Notes under the pieces: generated by a model
What the model saw: the letters and a program-made list of their open reading frames with translations, nothing else
Database searches by the model: none
Told to the model about the DNA's origin: nothing
Assembly: GCA_951406725.2 (NCBI GenBank)
Contig: OX597814.1
Location: 181,040,001 to 181,104,000 of the forward strand
DNA length: 64,000 nt
Direction: 5' to 3'
From: Octopus vulgaris
Taxonomy: Eukaryota
Translations under genes and position numbers: made by a program
Shown here: positions 26,915-41,500 of the stretch, in pieces
Layout: each line of letters begins with the position of its first letter
How positions within the stretch are numbered: the first letter of the stretch is position 1

Positions 26915-29373
26915 GTTAGTTTTCTATTTAGGATTGTATAGTTGAGAGACACTGGCATGTGCACGGCAGTCATAGGTAACTGTTTGTTTATTGGGGGTGC
27001 AAAGAGCAGCAACAAAACAATGGTGCAACACTTAAGTGCAGCAGGTTTGGGTCTAAATATCTCCATTATTTTTCTCTTCAATACACTGCATAATATAAAA
27101 CATCTTCATATTTTAATCAACCATGCTATCTAGCACAATCAGAAAATAAGTCACTACTGCTAATTGTGAATAACGTATTTTTTCCTACAATTCCTCACAT
27201 AGTTACATTCAGGGAAGCAGTACATGGTAATCTAAATGAGGAATTTGAAGATCAATGCCAATTAACTATATCCTTGCAGCTTTCACTCTGGCTTTTCCAT
27301 CCTAAAAGAAACTTTGGAGAAGATATTTCAGCCACTGCTTCAATTTCCATTGCCACTAAAATCTACTCCTAAAATCACTACATTGGTCCAAGAGGCATTT
27401 AGAAACCCATTGTTTAAAACATTACAACAAACTAGACATAATGGCTTTATCACTTAAAATAAATAGCACTCCAAAATGGGTTATTAGAATGTGTGAGGAT
27501 TAAGTTTGAAATTGATACAAAGAAAAATATTTGAAATTTATAAATTTACCTTTTATACCTCCTGGCACATTGCTAAAATTTACTCTAGGCTAAATATATC
27601 TACTAACTGCTTTATAAATATATGTAGAATAATTTCCTAAATAATAATTTTTTTAATTATTTCTGTTTAAAAGAAACACGAGAAAAATAAAATAAATACT
27701 TTTACTATATATTTTAACATGTTTTAATATTAGTTCTACTAAAATCTAAAAATTATGATATTTATGATGTAATTCACTCTAAAATATGCTATTTACATTT
27801 CTCAGCTTAATAATAAAATACTGCCAAAGTTGGAGAGACAATTTAACTTCATTGAGATTTTACCACATTACTGAAGGCTCCAAATACCCAGTGATTATAA
27901 ACCTTGAAATTCTAAAACATCGATGTAATGAAGTAAACAAACTAGTTGCTGTGATGAATTTCTCTAGCATTTTGTATAACCATCATAATATCATACAAAT
28001 GCATTATAATATGGATAAAATGAAAATGTAGTTGAACTTTAAAAATTTATGAGCCAAAATTTAGCTTTGACTCTAGATAGACCATTATATAAATGCCCAT
28101 CCCATCAATTATTAATAAACCATTTATTTAATCATTTAAATATTATATAATCTTCCCAACTTTTAAAGTTTTTTTTTTTTTTTCGTTTCATTTTTATTTT
28201 TTTGTTTCTTATTATTCACTATAATATACTTTCACTACACTAAACAAACTTTGTATTCTTTTATTGGCTGCTATTCAGTTCATGTTTCCTTGTTCAGTGC
28301 AAGATAAAACTATATGAAATAATTTAAACACTTATACTTTACAATATGAAAGTTATGTTAGAACCCATAATAGGTTTAAAATATATATTCAAAATAGTTA
28401 ATTATTGAGTAGGACATTTTAAGGGTTAAGGATGTTGTTTGTGTGGGACTTTTTTTTTTATTCTGTATTCACAAAAAAATTATTAGCATTTATGTTAATT
28501 ACTTTAAATATTTCTAAATCCTAATTATTTTTTATATAAACTAATTCGAATTAAGACTACTAATTTTGAAAAGCTCTAAAACAAAAACTGCTAGATTTTT
28601 AACTTAAATTTTATTATTTTAATGTTTTGGTTTTTTTTTTTTATTTTGCTAATTCAACTTTTATTATTATGTTACTTTGGCAAAGAATACCCAAGAAGCA
28701 CTTTTAAAATCCCTATTTGATGTAATAGTTCATATCAAAATAATTCTCTATCGGTAAAATGTTCATCCTACATATGAACTTGAACTTAAAGGATGTTTTT
28801 TCAACAGTTCAAATCAGACATAGTAGATAATATATTAATAGATCAATATGAATAACAGACTGTCCAAGTTGGCATGATTATTATACTAGAGAAGATTAGT
28901 CTTCTCAGAATCAGGATTCTAAAGTACTCAGTTAACTTCAAATAGCAACAGCCTAATGTTATTTCTGTTGGTTACAGAGATTACTTTAAATCTCACTACA
29001 TGTTTGACTTGGCAAAAGTCTTATTCATGTAGTGCATTCTGCTAACTAGAGTTAGTACGTAATCAGCCATCTAATTGTTTAATTGCTTCACATGTTTTTA
29101 CTTTTACATTATTCAAATAACAACGGTTCAGACTGATTCTTTGGTTTCCATTTGCTTATTTAAATATTTATTTGGCTTTGCTTTTAGCAAAATTCATCAA
29201 ATACAAGTAATTAGATTAATTGTTCCTTAAAAAAAAAACTGTCATTAGCTTTCATATAGTACCTGCTTTCTTTTGTGTTTCATCACGATTGCTGCTTCTG
29301 CTGCTGCTAGAAACTAATTTTTTTTTGTTGTTTTTGTTGATGTCTTGACTGTAGAAATAACTGTTGTTTATAG

Positions 29374-29421
29374 CTTCCTGTCTGGTTTTAGGCTGCTTTC
29401 CAAATTCAGTGTTGTCACACT
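29374..29421 (+). CDS. Candidate 48/30-nt cassette exon of calcineurin A with two in-frame acceptors
   Basis: Acceptors tatag|29374 and tttag|29392 share donor ACT|gtaagg. Both lengths are multiples of 3 and open in phase 1: ASCLVL-GCFPNSVLSH. Confidence 0.35.
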
Positions 29422-29807
29422 GTAAGGGTTTCGATTTTAGAGGAATTGATTGCTATAAAATCAACTGAAGTACAATGTGTGCTTGCTTGTTAGAAAATAT
29501 TAGCAAATATTAGCAAATGTTTCAAGTAATTCCAAAAACATGTCGAACTAGATAAAAAAATAAAAATAGATTAGCTTATTTAAAGTTGACTGAGTTTTCA
29601 AATTTCAAAGAATATGTCTGTAAAAGCTTCTTGAAACTACAAAAAATGTTTTATTTTTTATTTACCTATTTTTATGGAATTGCTATTATGATGATATCTG
29701 CTCATATATCTTCATATTGCCTGGAAGCATTTATAAACTCAATCAAATTTAAATAAAGGGCCGAAACAAGAAGCATTAGAACCACAACATCAGGCTAGCT
29801 GTGTTTT

Positions 29808-29953
<146 letters not shown>

Positions 29954-32860
29954 CAACATCATCTCAAACTTCTCCAAGTAGCTAAATATTTCTGTGACAG
30001 TCAGATTACTATTTACATTGCATCGACATGCAATGTAGCTACTCTTTCTGTTGCACCTTTTCACACACACATACCATCTGGAACTGATTGCCCTCCAATT
30101 TAGAGTCTCTTATCAGTCGATGTCAGTGAAATAGAAATCTGATGACTGACAAGCTGAGTGTGCAACCTAGTTTCTGTTCTTCATTGGAACCATTTTCTTC
30201 ATTATGTTGTTAATGCTTCTTGGAGAAGCATAACCATCACAAGTTCATGTTTCCCATCCTTAAAATTTAAGGTTTCAGTTCTATAAATGTGGTTATTGTC
30301 AGTAGTTTGAAGTGGAATGGGCTCTACCAGGTTGATCTGCTTTTTCAACATAATAGGAAGAGAGCAAACCAATAGAATTAGGGACGTTAGTTACAACTGC
30401 CTATATCTCGTCATCTTTTTGTTCGTGTGCCATATAAAGCAAATAGTGAATTTTTTGCCGTGTGATGTCAAAATTATTTTTTGTATTGCTTTCTTTTGTT
30501 AAAGTTGGGAAAATTATAACATTAGATACCACAAAAGCCAACTTCCAGCATGCATCAGTATTTGAATACTCTAAATGATTCAAATTTATTATGTGTAAAT
30601 TGCAACATAACCATTCATTTAAGAAAACATCTTGACAAAATATATTTCTGTCTCAAAAATATGTATTTAGTCAAAAGATTTTACTATCAAAAGATATTTT
30701 CAAATTTAGACCAAATAATATTAATGTCTTAATATTATTATTATTAAGTTTCTCTTATGCTTTTTAACTTCAACTTTAGCATATCTACAACATCATCCCA
30801 AGTGTGTGGCTCCTTATAAAATGTGGTAGCATTGTAGCCATTGCTGTAACAACAAACTGTTACTGTTTAAATCCCAAGTTTATCTGGTTTTCTCAAAGAT
30901 GTCTGCTAGGTGGCTAGAGATTACTGGCACTCTGAAATTAATACACACATTTCCAGCTTCATTATTCACAACAAAAATCTCACTTGAGCTGGAGACAGTC
31001 ACAGTAAACTGGAAGTGACAAATTTTAAAGCAGATTTAGTTCTTCAGATATTAGTACTGACTTTGTCTTCAATTTATTATTAAAAACGAAAATTAATATT
31101 TATTGTAGGCTTTGATTCATTAACTTCAAATCATTGAATTACAAAAATAATACACTAAAGTTTTAATTAAACTTGCTGGGAGATTGGTAGCACGTATTAT
31201 TAGACTAGATGTTTTGTTTTGTTTTGTTTTTTTTGAGACCTAGTCTATAAGGTGTTCTAAGAGCAACTTTTGTATCAAATAATTGCTTTTATTGTTTTTC
31301 TACATTGGTTTGTTAGTACAGATTGAATGTTAGAATTTCTGTCTCAGTATATGTTGGTTATTTTCTGTGTCCTCTGTTTCGTACCTGAGAATTGTGTTCT
31401 TTTGTGCTGATATAGAAGTAAAACAAAGAATGTGATTATCCACATGCATCTGTTTTGGTTCAACATACATACTCACATGTACATGAACATGTACACAATC
31501 ATCAGCTAAAACCATTTGGAATTGATTTTGATTGTATTAAACATTTCATAAATTCTATATCATATGACCATCAAACATGAACTTTTGGATATTATCTCAT
31601 TGATCATTACAACATACTGTACATTTATATAACAACTACTTTGACTTATCTAAAATCATTTCACTTACTGAAATTGATACATAGCTGAAAAATGATTGCA
31701 TGAACATTAGTCAACAGATGCAAATAATTTGAAGTTCTTGATTACATATAAATCATTTGAATAAAAATTGGCATCTGCCACGTTTGGCATCATCCGAACA
31801 TGGCCGATGCCAGCGCCGCCTTGACTGGCTTCTGTGCCGGTGGCACATAAAAAGCACCTACTACACTCATGGAGTGGTTGGCGTTAGGAAGGACATCCAG
31901 CTGTAGAAACACTGCCAGATCAGACTGGAGACTGGTGCAGCCTCCTGGCTTCCCAGACCCCGGCCGAACTATCCAACCCGTGCTAGCATGGAAAACAGAC
32001 ATTAAACGATGATGAAAGATTTTCTTAATAAACTAAAATGGAAATATTAATGCAAAATCTTCTCATTGATTTGTGTACTTTTACAGCTTCAATGAGAGTC
32101 TCTAATGACCTACAGTAAGATTTTGAAGTGTGAATAATATATTTAGGGACTGAGATGTTATTGTCTTCAGATAAACTGCCATCAGTATGTATTGCTGATA
32201 TTCTTTTATAAATATGATGGCTGTTGGTGTGAAAATAGATCATAACACACTTTGACTAAAATAGGAAGGTGTGACTGAGAAGAATTGAAAGTTTTTATAG
32301 AGAATTTACTTCAAAAAAAATGTCAGCTCCAAAAATAGCAGAAATACAATCTCGACTAATCCATTCCAATATGAGAAAATGGATGCAGTATTATTGATGC
32401 AATCAAATATTCATCTTGTTAGTATTAACAATTGCTGAGAAAGCACGCATACATAAAAACTCATTAAAAGTATATTTACAATACCTGAATGTTTAAGCAT
32501 ATTTTTTACAGACTTAAAAGAAAAACATTTAATCAATTTGATCATTAGTAATCAGAATTGTTAAATATGGTCATAAATTATAAAAAGTGCAATGATTTTA
32601 GTTAATAAAGTCAAACACATTAGAAATATTCACACTTTATCAAAACATCTTTTACATTTTTCTTTTACTTGGATTGGTTTAAAGTTTCCAAAATATTCAT
32701 TCATTCATTACTTTGTTTTTTGTTGTTTTTTTTTAAATTCATGTTATCTTGTTTATTTTCCAGCTGTTGGTTCTTACAAATTTGTATATGTATGTGTTTC
32801 ATAGAATTTGTTATTATTTGGTTATTTTTATCCTTTATTTTTTTCTTTATTTCATTGCAG

Positions 32861-32988
32861 CCCTCAGCGGTTTTTCTCCTACCCACAAAATAAGTGGGTT
32901 CGATGAAGCCAAGAGTTTGGATAAATTGAATGAACGCATGCCCCCGAGAAGAGATGCAGTCAATACCAATAACAAGGAGAAAGCGTAA
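32861..32988 (+). CDS. PPP3CA: Calcineurin A terminal coding exon (autoinhibitory domain)
   Basis: Long U tract and ttgcag acceptor, phase 1. Reads (A)[41 protein letters not shown], matching the AID motif FxEAKxLDxxNERMPP. Confidence 0.97.
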
Positions 32989-34017
32989 TGGGGGACAAAA
33001 ACCCTCTTCTCTCCACCAAGGCTGTTATTCTTCCGGGCTGGAGTCTACCATCACATGCAGGGGAACGAATGCTGAGCTCTGTGTGCAGGGTCCAGCTGTG
33101 AACAGCTCTGTTGATCTCACCTTGTACGATTTGCTACCTGGGATGTATGATTATATCAGAATTCAATGTATACATATTTTATACCTATTTAATGGTTCTT
33201 TACCCCTCCCCTGCTGGCAACCTGCAAATACAATTGGTAAATGCTGTTTTGTGATGTGATGTTTCTTTCCTTTTCTTCAATAAAAAAAATGCTTCCTTTC
33301 TAGTAAAAAAAAATTTAAAAAGTTAATAAATTATAAAACTATCTGAAAAATAAAATGTAAAAATTTAACATGAAAATTCATTATTAAATATGGTAATTTA
33401 CTGAGGTGAAGTGAGTTCAAACTTTTCGAATGCCACTAGGAAAGTTTAAAGTTTTCTTCAACTCTTTTATACCAGTTGTGTGGCAGTATTATTTATGAGG
33501 GAAGTTCATGAGCAGATGTTGCCAGGGATATTCCCAATATCAACATCTGGACTTAAATACTGCCTTGTCGTTGTATGCAAGCCTCTCATTGGGGTAGAAT
33601 TGATTCTTTCATCTTTTTACAAAATTTCCGAAACAAACACATTCTTTTAGTTTTAGCCCAATCTTTATTTTGAACTGTGGGCTAAAAAAAAATTATAATG
33701 ATGATGTGATGATGATGATGATAAAGATGATGATGATGATCAGAACTTCTTACATAGGCATTGAAGCCTTACTGTTAATTGAAGTAACATTATGGAAATG
33801 TTGCTCAATACTAAATTTGTTATATTAAATTTAAAGAATACTTTATCTGGCTTGTTTTAAATAGAATATGTTATCGAAAAAAACCTAACATATATATGTA
33901 TATATATATACATATGTATATATACATATATATACACATATATACATATATATATATGTGTGCGTGTGTGTGTCTGTCTGTGTGTATATATATATACATA
34001 TATATATGTATATATGC

Positions 34018-34053
<36 letters not shown>

Positions 34054-37000
34054 TTAAAATCATGGAATATTTTTTTTAACATTTTCATTATATTTGGAAA
34101 TGTAATTCATTTAATTCAATTAAAAGCCTATTTAAATTAAATCAACAATTAATGATTTTAAAAGTGTAAAAAAAAAGATTAAGAAAATAAAACCTCAGCT
34201 TAATAGTTTTTCCAGGTGACCCTTAACTATGGATTGGTTTTGTTTTGAAATTTGAAATTTTTTATTTATTTTTTTTTTTAATCAGTGATTATTGAGTGCT
34301 TGCTACAAGGTCATCTAAACCCTCTCTTGTATTTACACCCTAACACATCTAGGGTAACTACTATTCTGCTCAGTCAACATTCTCTTCTGTACTGAGACAG
34401 AGAGTATCATTTTTAAATGAGTATTTAAAAATTATTAAAAAAAAAAAACTATATAAATTGTTTAAAACGGAAAAAAAGCATTATCATTAAAAAAAACAGC
34501 AATGTTAGTAAGTTATCTCCCCTTGACACTGTTTACTTCTGCTTTCACTGGGATTGTTGAAATTTTTGGTATTTTGTATTCGGGAAGAAATAAGTTAATT
34601 CTAATCCGTCATGTAAATTAAGTTGTCCTGTCTTTCACAATCTTTTAAAAGTACCCACCCTTATTTTTGTAAGCTGCACATTTCATTGCAAGTTCATCAC
34701 GAGCCCTGCTCCAACCACATACAGATACAGCATTGCCAATATACTGACCATAAAAAGCACTATCACCTAGCTGTTAAATAATACCGCTGTTACAACAACT
34801 ATTTACCAGTCAATATCCTCTATACATGAACAACAGCTACCATCAATTGCACACTGCGTTTTTTGCTGCCCACTACAACTTTGCTTGCTACCACAGGTTT
34901 GGGAAAAACCAAGACCATGCTACAATGAATGATGTGCATTTCTACAATGAATGAAGAAACTTAATCAAGCCAGTGATGTCTTCCTGGTGTTTCGTTTTGT
35001 TATAACTACTACTACTACTTCTACTACTACTATTATTGCTTGATATTCAGCCCCTTTCTGTAAATCAATGGTAATCAAAAGTAAGCCTCTCCAGAAGAAA
35101 TAAGTGGAAAAAAAAGCAAAAGAAATTTTAAAAAAGTTTAAATAGTTCTAAGAAAGAAAAAAAGTGGTTAAAACATCTGTGCAATGATTATTCTGGAGGA
35201 CTACAACAATGACTTATTTCTGAAGTTACATTTTCTATCCCTCTAAGTCCATCACACATCCTGATTAACCTTAAACCATTATTCTGTTTTCAGAGTATAT
35301 AAAAGTCTGTTAGATCTGTTACTAAACTGTTTCAAGTTTTATTTTATTACTGTTTATATTATTGTTGTTATTTAAATAACTTTTATTTTACTTGTAGAAT
35401 ATTTTAGTAACAAACTCTGTGTGTGTGTGTGAGACTGTTCGAGCGTATATGTGTTTTAAATATTTGGGACATTTAGACAGTTAATATCTATATTATGTTT
35501 TGTTTGAAGTATTTAAGCTTACTTTCTAACAATTAGGGTTATAAACTAAAAAAATAATGCTAGACCAGTGACAAACTTTACATTGTTGAAATTATAGCAT
35601 TGATTATCATTATTGATAAGTTTACATATTGATGAGTTCAGCTACCCATATGTATACAAAAACACACTCACATACACATATGGGGACACACACACATACA
35701 TACATATGCAAAGAGTTACACAATGAATTGGGAATTTATTTAAAATTGAAGTAGTTTCCCTTGCAAGCTTTGTATACATTAACTCTGATCTTTGGGCATT
35801 GATGCAGTTTTAATTAACATGGTGGTGTTAACCTATAGCCGACAACTGATAGCATTCCCTGTATCAGAAAGGCAAACAGCTGTGATGTAATAAATAAAAA
35901 AAAAAAGAAAGAATATTAGTAGGGTAAAGATGTCTAAAATCAGAATAAGAATTTTCTTATATCTAGGGAAAAATATATCCAAGAAGACTTATTCCCTGGC
36001 ATATATGTAAATAAATCAAAAGTGAACCTGTCTGTGATATACATATACTAGCATACACTTGTCTGTGTGCAGGTTGTGTATGTATATATGCATATTAGAA
36101 TATTGAAAGTTACATTTCAGTTAAAAATTGACAAAGTTAAATGGTTAATCTACCGGATTTAGCTGAGAAATTCACCTAGCAGATAATACTGAGAAAAACA
36201 ATGATGTAGTGCAGTGGTAACTTTGTTTTTATTTTAGATTTGTTTGTTATTTTTCGGGGTTTTCTTTAGTTCCTTTTTTTTTTATTTATTTGTTTCTGTT
36301 TTGTTTGTTATGTTTTGTTTTGTTTTTTTTCTTTTTTGTGTTGACTCAACTCTAACCACATGACATGAAATCTAACCAACAACTCAGATTCAACAAACAC
36401 AAAAACTGGCAGAAAAGTTGTTGATAATGTCTTGTTACACATGACATATAAACAGTACATCAAGTCCTCTGCTTCCTGCCCTTAGCCTCCTCCTCCTCCT
36501 CCTCCTCTAAGCACTATTTGTTGAATTTTTTTATTAAAAATAAAAATAAAAAATAAAATCTTTAAAAAAAAAGTTGTTCTTTTGACTATCACTAAGAATT
36601 GTTGAAGACATTTTAATTTGTTGATTATTTCTCCTCCTCCTCCTCCTCTTTATTGTTCCTCTTACTGAAGACACCTTGATGTACTGTTTTCGATATTACC
36701 TGTCTAAAAATTCCAAGACAGACTACAGAGCTTGGTAGACACTGGTACTAAGTACCATGGAAGCAATTAAGCTACCAATTATTTAAGTAATCCTGACTAC
36801 CTACACATTACCCTTTTCAAGGTCTTTTGACATATTTTATCTGCACATCAATATACATCAGTAATTGAGAGAATGAACATTTTTCTACTTATTGTTTTTA
36901 ATAATATTGTGAATCTCCTTTACTTCTTCCTTCCAGTTCATGTTATTCCAGCTAAATTCTAAAAAAGAAAATAAAATATTAAAAAAAAAAAGCTTTCACT

Positions 37001-37951
37001 GTTTCACCTATCGAAGGATTGTTTTTCTTTTCATATTTTATTTCCCCAATATCTTTTGAGAAAATTTCTCACATCTAGAAATTATTTATTTTTCTTGCAC
37101 TCTTTTGTTTTATATATGTATGTATATCATTTTTTTCTACATATCTTGCAGTTCAAGACTTACCTATACACACACATATTCCCTTCTTGCTTATAAGCCT
37201 TCATTACTAATATGGATAAAATATTTTCTTCCAAGAAATATGTAGACTTCTCTGTTTAATTCTGATATTTATTTCTCTTCAAATAATGTGGTTGTGAGTA
37301 TTTGTTAGCTTTTTGTTCAAGTATTTCTTCTTATTATTTTTTTTCCTTTTCCTTCTAACTTCTCATAATCAATTTTACCTTATCTCTGCCACAGTCTCCC
37401 AACCCATTTGTTTAAGGGTTTTAGGTGTTGTACTTTCAGACTGGCCTATCAATGCAATGTCTTTTTCGTTCTCATTTTAGCCATCTTGCTGACTGTAGTT
37501 CAGGTAGGTAATAATTAAAAATGATAATGCTATTTGGGGTTCTCCCATAAGCACAGTTGGGTTTTAAAAACTTGTCATCTTAACAAAGGTATATATTCTG
37601 TTTGATGTAGATAATTTTGTACTTATTAACTGAAAATAATTGTGATGATAGCAACTCAACTGACACCAACTATAGAATTTATTTCTGATAAATTTCCTTC
37701 ATTGGAATTCTTCTCTTGGATTTTTTTTCTTTCTCAGATCTCTCTTTCTCTCTCTCTATTTTTCATTTTCTGAAAATTTTGCTCTTTAGCTCTTAAGAAG
37801 ATTTATTTGATTTTTTTTTTATTTACTTGTTTGTGGTATCAACAATTCCTACCTTTACAATACAGTGAACAATAGATATAGCTCAATACTGTCATGCTAG
37901 CATGTGTGTGTCTATATTATATCATTTATATATATACATACATATACATAC

Positions 37952-37998
<47 letters not shown>

Positions 37999-38520
37999 GT
38001 ATGTGTGTGTATACTATCCCATAGGCTCTAGGTAGAATGTTTAGTGTCGATCTAAATGCTACCAGTTCCATAATACAGGTGTCTAGTGTAATATTTACAT
38101 CAGCTGCAAGCCATACAACTACTGTACTAATGGTAAGACAAATGTATAAGCATCTTGTCCAACAAATTACAGCATTAAGCTCTGGTGCAGGATAGCTAAC
38201 ATTCATGTCCCCTTTGCCCTCCATATACTCATTTTTCTTATTAATTCAAGGACTAACTAGTACCATTTCTTTACCTTACTCCCTTTCCCTCTTTCACACC
38301 ATGTCCAAGGTTGCAGAACAACACAGCTCAGGCCTGAATTCTGTAGCTAATATTACCCCCCATGGAATTACTTTGTAACTAAGGCCTTGTATAGACTTTT
38401 TATTAAATCAATGTTTTCAACCTACCATTTTTCATTATTTTGTTAAACTGTCAAAACACTATTGTAAATCATGCATGTATACATTAATGTGTTGAAAATA
38501 AATTACACTGTTCTTGTCTT
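32989..38520 (+). other. Probable long 3' UTR of calcineurin A
   Basis: About 5.5 kb after the stop with no recognisable SINE or LINE, ending at AATAAA 38497-38502 followed by U/GU-rich sequence. Earlier AATAAA hexamers also exist, so the end is uncertain. Confidence 0.5.
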
Positions 38521-41500
38521 TATCCCCCAATTTCTGCTATTGTCTTTCCTCTTCAATTCTCACTGTATCGAAAGCTCTATAGTAGGCAGTGGTTAAGAAG
38601 AAATTATTAAGGCTTTATGTATTTTTACTGTGAGCTCATTGTTTAACAATTTTCTTTTTTTACTCTATCTGCAAAATCTATCAAGATCCATATTTTCTTC
38701 ACCCTATCATAAAACCAGCATGATAGGCTCAAGTTCAGAGCCAAAAACCAAAAGAGACCTCCCCTATCCTGTAAATAAGCACATAGTTATTTAATGAAAT
38801 TGGTTCAGTAAGTTTAATGTATTCCCTCAGTTTACAAGATTTGCTGTTTTAGAGAAGAAAATTTGCAAAATGTTCTAATATAAAGTAGAAATTTAAGCAG
38901 GAAAATGCTTATTTCCCAATGCCTGCAGTCTATCTGGATATATCTACTGTACACTGCATAGTAACATGTATTTCTAGGGCCAAGTTTGATGTCAACAATA
39001 TAACATTAAATTTATAATTAGAGAAGGATAAATATTGGTTATGAGTAACAAATATGATGCTTTAAATGGAGTTCAAGTCTAAAAAGTAGAAATTGTTTCC
39101 TGAAGCTGTTTGGCATTCAGCTTTAACTTAAATATTCATGATGAGAATGATTTTCATAGATATAGACAATACAATTTAGATTAACGTGTATATGTGTATA
39201 TACACATTTCATATGTCATCAATTTGAGATTTTTTTAAAAAGAAGTTAATCTACAATTGTTATCACACTTTATATATTTAAATTAAGTATGAATGTGCAC
39301 AAAATAAGAAAATGAATCAATAAGTGATTAAGCAGTGAGAAACAAATACATTCTTACCAGTTACTTTTTAATGTTTCATCATATTTTTTTCTATCTACAT
39401 TTCCATTTGTCTATGCATGTTTACATCTCTTGTAGCTGGAGATTTTAATCTACATCCAGATTCCACACAAGTATATTGTGCAACTACATTTATACTAAAG
39501 CTTACTTTAACCTGCATACATGTGTTAAGGCCTCTTAATTTTGATAAATGCAAGCAGTGTATGCAGAAGAGCTTTGTTATATAAGTAAGCTTTTCCAATC
39601 TTTGGTACACTTGTGTGAAACATGGATCTGGGTTAAACACCAAGCTGCTACAGACTATAATATATATAAAAGATGATGCTGGCCTTGAAACAATTTATTT
39701 ATGGCAGAGTTAGCAACTATGTTAAACATATAAAGATCTAAGGAAACAAGGTTTTAGCCCTAAAAATGTTTATTGGGTGATTGTTTATCCAGAAGTCTGG
39801 ATATTTTTTATATTTGTTTCTAATAAGAACATTGGCATGCAGTGGATGACAATTATGCAAGTAACTAGCTAAGATCATTTTATTTCTTATACATCTGGTT
39901 TGATACATTAAAATCTATCACATGCAATAATGCATTTCATACTCAATTTTGTCTTATACAAACATTCCAGATAAATGTAACTAGCAAATAGTGAGCTGGA
40001 ATTTCTGACTTGTTGACCCAATGGCTTAAGTTTGAAAATATCCTAATTTTGAGAAATATTAACGAAAAGCAGTTTGCTATGAAGAAGTCTGATAGTTTTA
40101 GGGAAGAGAAAATGTCGACAGTTTTTTTCTTTCTTTTTCTATTTTTTGTTTCAATTCATGAAGGTCAGTGTCCTTGACCTTTTTTCATTGCAACTGAGAC
40201 TGATGGAAAGAAGTTATCCAAAGACCTAGCACCAAATACTTGTGACAGAGGGGACCCGACTAAAGCCATGTAACAGCTGGGTGATGGATTAATTATATCA
40301 CCACAAACGGGAACGGTTCCTCTGACAGCCTCCCAGTTTCCATCTGCCAACTTTCACTCACAAGACTTCAGTCAGCTCAAGGCTAATACAGAGGGCACTT
40401 GCTCAAGATGTCACACAGTGGAATTCTACCCAAAACTACATAATTGAATTGTAAACTTAACCACACAGCTATGCTTGCACCCATAATGATTCCACATGTT
40501 ATAAACTTATATAAAAATTAAAAAAAGCTAATTAGATATTTTTATATTTGCAGAAGAAAATAACACAACTGCAGTCTCTCTCTCTCCTCATTTCTCCTGC
40601 CATATCAGTGAAACATAACAAAACACTGACTATAATCAATATCTCTAGTAACAGTTCTCATCCATGTAGTGCACCTGAGCACTGTATACAATACGTTCAT
40701 TCATCCAAATAACCATAGAGGTCACATGCACAAAAATTATATGAAATATTCTTTCTGCTGCCATATCTTCTTTGTTACACCAAAGTAATTGTCATCAATG
40801 CTGTTTAGACATGAATAAGGACTTCAACTGAGAATTGAAATTTACTGAAAGAAAACAATAATGATATTAATGGCTTCTTACACTTGGATGTGGTATCAAA
40901 GTTACAAGCAAGAGAAAATGAGGTAATATGACAGTGGTACTAGTTATGTAAAATGTCCTAAAACAATAATAAAAGGTTGGCATCAACTGGTATATCCAAT
41001 GAGAAACAACAATAGTTTACCACCACTTCATATATAGTGAAATAGTAGCAGTAGTTGTAACATGTTTAAAGAATGTTAATAATACAAACAAAGCTATCAC
41101 TTTCTCAAAAACACACCACTGCTTTTTTTATATTAGTTTCAACTTCAAATAGAGACTCACATCTGCTCCCTCACCTGGTGTTACTTCCAGCGCATCCCCT
41201 AACTATACCACTGATTTATAATTGGTCAGCACGCATCCTGCTTTGTTCTGGGGTATCATCATAAACTTTTCACTCATTTGATTATTTATAAGCGGGTGTT
41301 TCTTTAAGCTTTATGTACTCTGACTGCATCTATATATACTCCAAAAGGATAAATTGAGTTGGGCATGATTTGATTTCAGAACTGTAAACTATCAAACAAC
41401 TTCCCCATTTCCAGTTAAATTGTGAGCTAGGTTGCCTCTTTCCTACAACCATCATTTCTTGAATTGCATTTACATGTTCATCGTAAATTCTATACTTTAC

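Noticed and set aside
32930-33259. 109-aa ORF overlapping the calcineurin stop in another frame
   Set aside because: No homology recognised, and no frameshifting splice route is evident from the sequence.
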